A DNA stretch of 63,732 nucleotides, counting the filler, from Nitrospinae bacterium RIFCSPLOWO2_12_FULL_45_22 (GTDB taxonomy: Bacteria > 2-12-FULL-45-22), in assembly GCA_001803565.1 (NCBI GenBank). It is 7 parts of 7 records of this genome, joined end to end, with 100 filler letters (N's around TTAATTAATTAA, not from the genome) between each part and the next. Parts side by side here need not be neighbours in the genome. Positions count along the whole stretch, not along the records: positions 58,468 to 63,732 come from MHDQ01000248.1; 6 more parts are not named here. The stretch is one strand, 5' to 3'. Each line of letters begins with the position of its first letter. Position 1 is the first letter of the stretch. Shown piece after piece: positions 61,119-63,732 of the stretch. The translations under genes were made by a program, and so were the position numbers. The notes beneath the pieces were generated by a model, which was given only the letters and a program-made list of their open reading frames with translations, made no database searches and had not been told where the DNA came from.

Positions 61119-62032
61119 GTTTTTATCTCCTCGGACGCTTCTATTTTCTTTATTCCTTCATCAACCAGCCCGGCATAGCGGTCATGCAAACCCGAAAGCC
61201 CCCCTTTTAATCCCTTATCTCTTCGCTGTTTCAGGTAGCTGTATTCTTCAGGCTCCCAGCGCAAGTTAGTAAACAAGGTATGGGACACATAGCCCTGGGC
61301 AAAGCCCGCAGTAAGCCCCAGGGAATCATAGACCATATGCCGTGTAGCCTTACCTATAGCGATGCCGTCCCGGGGCATAAGGCAGAGGGCCTTAACCATC
61401 TTATCAACTTCTTCCTCCATCCGTTCATGAGGGACAGCTTTGGTCACCAGTCCCATCTGTGCTGCTTCTTTACCATCGAACAATCGGGTAGTGAGTAAAA
61501 TATCCAGGGCCCTCTTCATCCCCACAGTCATAATGAGGATAGGGATGTAAGGAATAGCGGCACCACCTGAACCGAGTCGCTGATCGATCAAGCCGAGCTG
61601 GGCATCTTCGGTTACTACGGCGAAATCGCAATATAACAAAAGGTGGGTCCCTATACCAAAACTGTAACCATGGGCCTGGGCAACGGTTATCTTGGGATGC
61701 AAAAAGATTCGTTGGAACCCATCCATAAAGCGCCGATCCAATTTTAATCTTATACGCTGACTCGGGCGCTTCTCATCTGGCTGTCCCGTTCCTCCGCCAT
61801 AGACATGATATACCGTATCAAGCCTTTCACCCGCACAAAAACAAGGGCCATTACCTTTCAGAAGAACGACCTTCACCTCATCATCCTCTGCCGCCTCATC
61901 AAAGGCAGCAAAAAACTCGACTGCCTCTTCCCCCATGCCGATCAGGTCGAGGACATTGCGTTTTTCTGGCCGGTTTAAGATGATCTTGGCCACACTCCCT
62001 TCCTTTTCATAGATCAATGTCTTATAGTCCAT
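61085..62032 (-). CDS. Enoyl-CoA hydratase/isomerase (crotonase) family protein
   Basis: ILNRPEKRN, FCAG and AQAHGYSFGIG motifs. Confidence 0.88.
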   Translation of the reverse strand: MDYKTLIYEKEGSVAKIILNRPEKRNVLDLIGMGEEAVEFFAAFDEAAEDDEVKVVLLKGNGPCFCAGERLDTVYHVYGGGTGQPDEKRPSQRIRLKLDRRFMDGFQRIFLHPKITVAQAHGYSFGIGTHLLLYCDFAVVTEDAQLGLIDQRLGSGGAAIPYIPILIMTVGMKRALDILLTTRLFDGKEAAQMGLVTKAVPHERMEEEVDKMVKALCLMPRDGIAIGKATRHMVYDSLGLTAGFAQGYVSHTLFTNLRWEPEEYSYLKQRRDKGLKGGLSGLHDRYAGLVDEGIKKIEASEEIKTCHSSLKASKY

Positions 62033-62225
62033 TTCCTCCCCTCCCCTAAAGATTCATCTCTCGTCTCACTCCTTACTACTCACTGCTCACGGTTTAGTGG
62101 TCTTTGTACCCCGGTGGCAGATGAAGTTTACCCGGGTAAATGGTAATATATCATAATCATTAGATATAAGGGTGCAAGGTTTTGTAGGAGGATACTGGAG
62201 ACATTTAAGCAGGGCTTCCCCAGCA

Positions 62226-63500
62226 CTATACCCGCTCGGTCAGCATTTCAAAAAATCCTTCGAGTTTATCCTTTAGATCATCGGTTGAGGCAAAGGATGG
62301 GTCCATAACATCACAATCGAGGACCAGCGTAGGGATATTGCATTCCTCCTGTAAGGCATCCTTTATGCTTCGGATAAGGGCACAGGCCTGTCGGCAGCCA
62401 ATATGGGCAAAATAGAGGGCCCCATGCGGTTTAAATTCCCTGGCTATTCTTAAGGTGTCTCGGATAAAACTATCTGCCGGGCCGTGCATCTGTTTGATCG
62501 TGGAAAAATGGAGATTAATCATGGCCAAACTCTCGAGGGGTTTGGATAGATCAATATTATCCTGGCCCACCCAGGCATTCCCGGATTCCATAACAATACT
62601 GGCACCATATTCCCTTTCCAGCCAATCCAATAGCTTCAGTTCATAAAAGGGTGGTATAAAGCAGGAGATGAGCCTGAAACGCTCTTGGGGAATAGCTCCC
62701 TGCTTATTTTCTACCTTTTCCCGAATCTCATCACGAATGAGTTCCAGATAAGCTACCCCTTCGGGTGTAGCTAAACATAGCCAGCCAGCAATAAGCATAT
62801 TTACAAATGTTCTATTCTTCATAGGGGCAGGTATGGCTTTTCTCAGTTGATAAATTTCTCGATAGAGTTGAACGGTACGCCAGGATAAAGCCACGACCTC
62901 TCTAAGGCGGTCATAGTCCATTTTTCTCCCGGTTTGCTCTTCCAGAAAATGAATCAATCGCTCTAATTCTCTTACAAAATAACTAAACTCAACACCATTA
63001 CCCCTATAAGGCCGTTCCAGGAAAAACCCTGGACACCTGAATTTATCCATCAATAAATCGCCACTCTTGGCGGTATTGTCACAAACTTGATTCGTCCATA
63101 CAATGAAATCTGGTCTGGGCATCTCCTCCTTGATCGAACTGGCCGCTAAAATCCTATGGGCAGAGCATACCTCTGGCGCTAACCCGGCTTCAGCCGCTGT
63201 GCCGAGGTATTCCCCATACTTATTCAGCATAATAGTCATCATGGCTGCGGTTGATTCCAGATGGAGCGGGACAATATCCATGGCATGGAATAATTCTATG
63301 GGTGCCATGACGGTATGACCCCCGATAAACTTTCCCTCCTCTTTGGCATTCACTATTTTTTTATAGTAATCACCCATTAGTTCATAATAGACCTCGTCGC
63401 TCTTTATAGTGGGACTGGCCTTACGGTGGCGATGCATAACTCCAAGGATATCAACCATCAATTCTAAGTTTGTCTTCTTGCTGTCCTCTAATCTCTTCAT
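62226..63500 (-). CDS. 2-hydroxyacyl-CoA dehydratase / benzoyl-CoA reductase family subunit
   Basis: GLAPEVCSAH, QVCDNTAK and HIGCRQ, giving three cluster-type Cys. Confidence 0.88.
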   Translation of the reverse strand: MKRLEDSKKTNLELMVDILGVMHRHRKASPTIKSDEVYYELMGDYYKKIVNAKEEGKFIGGHTVMAPIELFHAMDIVPLHLESTAAMMTIMLNKYGEYLGTAAEAGLAPEVCSAHRILAASSIKEEMPRPDFIVWTNQVCDNTAKSGDLLMDKFRCPGFFLERPYRGNGVEFSYFVRELERLIHFLEEQTGRKMDYDRLREVVALSWRTVQLYREIYQLRKAIPAPMKNRTFVNMLIAGWLCLATPEGVAYLELIRDEIREKVENKQGAIPQERFRLISCFIPPFYELKLLDWLEREYGASIVMESGNAWVGQDNIDLSKPLESLAMINLHFSTIKQMHGPADSFIRDTLRIAREFKPHGALYFAHIGCRQACALIRSIKDALQEECNIPTLVLDCDVMDPSFASTDDLKDKLEGFFEMLTERV

Positions 63501-63732
63501 AACCCATCTCCTGCCTAAATAATGAAATCGGTTATCTCTGTCTTTACAGGGCGTCTACAGATGCCCCCAACAGGGCCGCCATGCTGCCCCATAATCCCCT
63601 AACAGAAATGCTACCGGCCTGGTAAATAATTGGGTCCGCCACAAACCATATAACGGTTTATGGATTACCTGTTGAAGGTTCTTTTGTCAAGCCTTTTTTC
63701 CTCGAAGTCGCGAATCATATTCTCCGATCATT

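Noticed and set aside
63501-63732. Coding fragment at the window end
   Set aside because: All minus-strand frames contain stops within a short distance, and nothing is recognisable.

Overview
This 63.7-kb window is not one locus. It is seven contigs joined by 100-nt N/TTAATTAATTAA linkers (10759, 17096, 25693, 42303, 47704, 58368), plus a small N gap at 47257-47288. Gene content points to an anaerobic Gram-negative bacterium, probably deltaproteobacterium-like (inference). Housekeeping genes: kdsA, pyrG, kdsB, a WcaJ-type transferase, mreB, hflX, aroK, aroC, ftsQ/A/Z, acpS, ilvE and tRNA-Gln, -Thr and -Met. Metabolic genes: bzaF with a BzaC-like methyltransferase, DUF2284 and a sulfur relay; two UbiD (de)carboxylases; BzdN/BzdO-like subunits; CoA transferases; an FTR1 iron-uptake locus. 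Accessory DNA: an integron-type attC cassette array rich in toxin-antitoxin genes, an intI fragment, decayed islands at two tRNAs, a membrane-anchored TIR protein and many nested palindromic mini-elements, two of them inserted in frame in ftsQ and aroK. Two top candidates: (1) an AT-rich, tightly coupled four-gene operon (29288-34997) encoding an ORC/CDC6-like ATPase with tandem Cys-decorated nucleoside-deoxyribosyltransferase/TIR-like domains, an unknown Rossmann/CARF-like protein, an N4/N6 DNA methyltransferase and ThyX, which is a candidate undescribed defence system; (2) a BzdO-like gene (53014-54321) with an in-frame TGA at a conserved Cys position followed by a SECIS-like hairpin, a probable selenoprotein.
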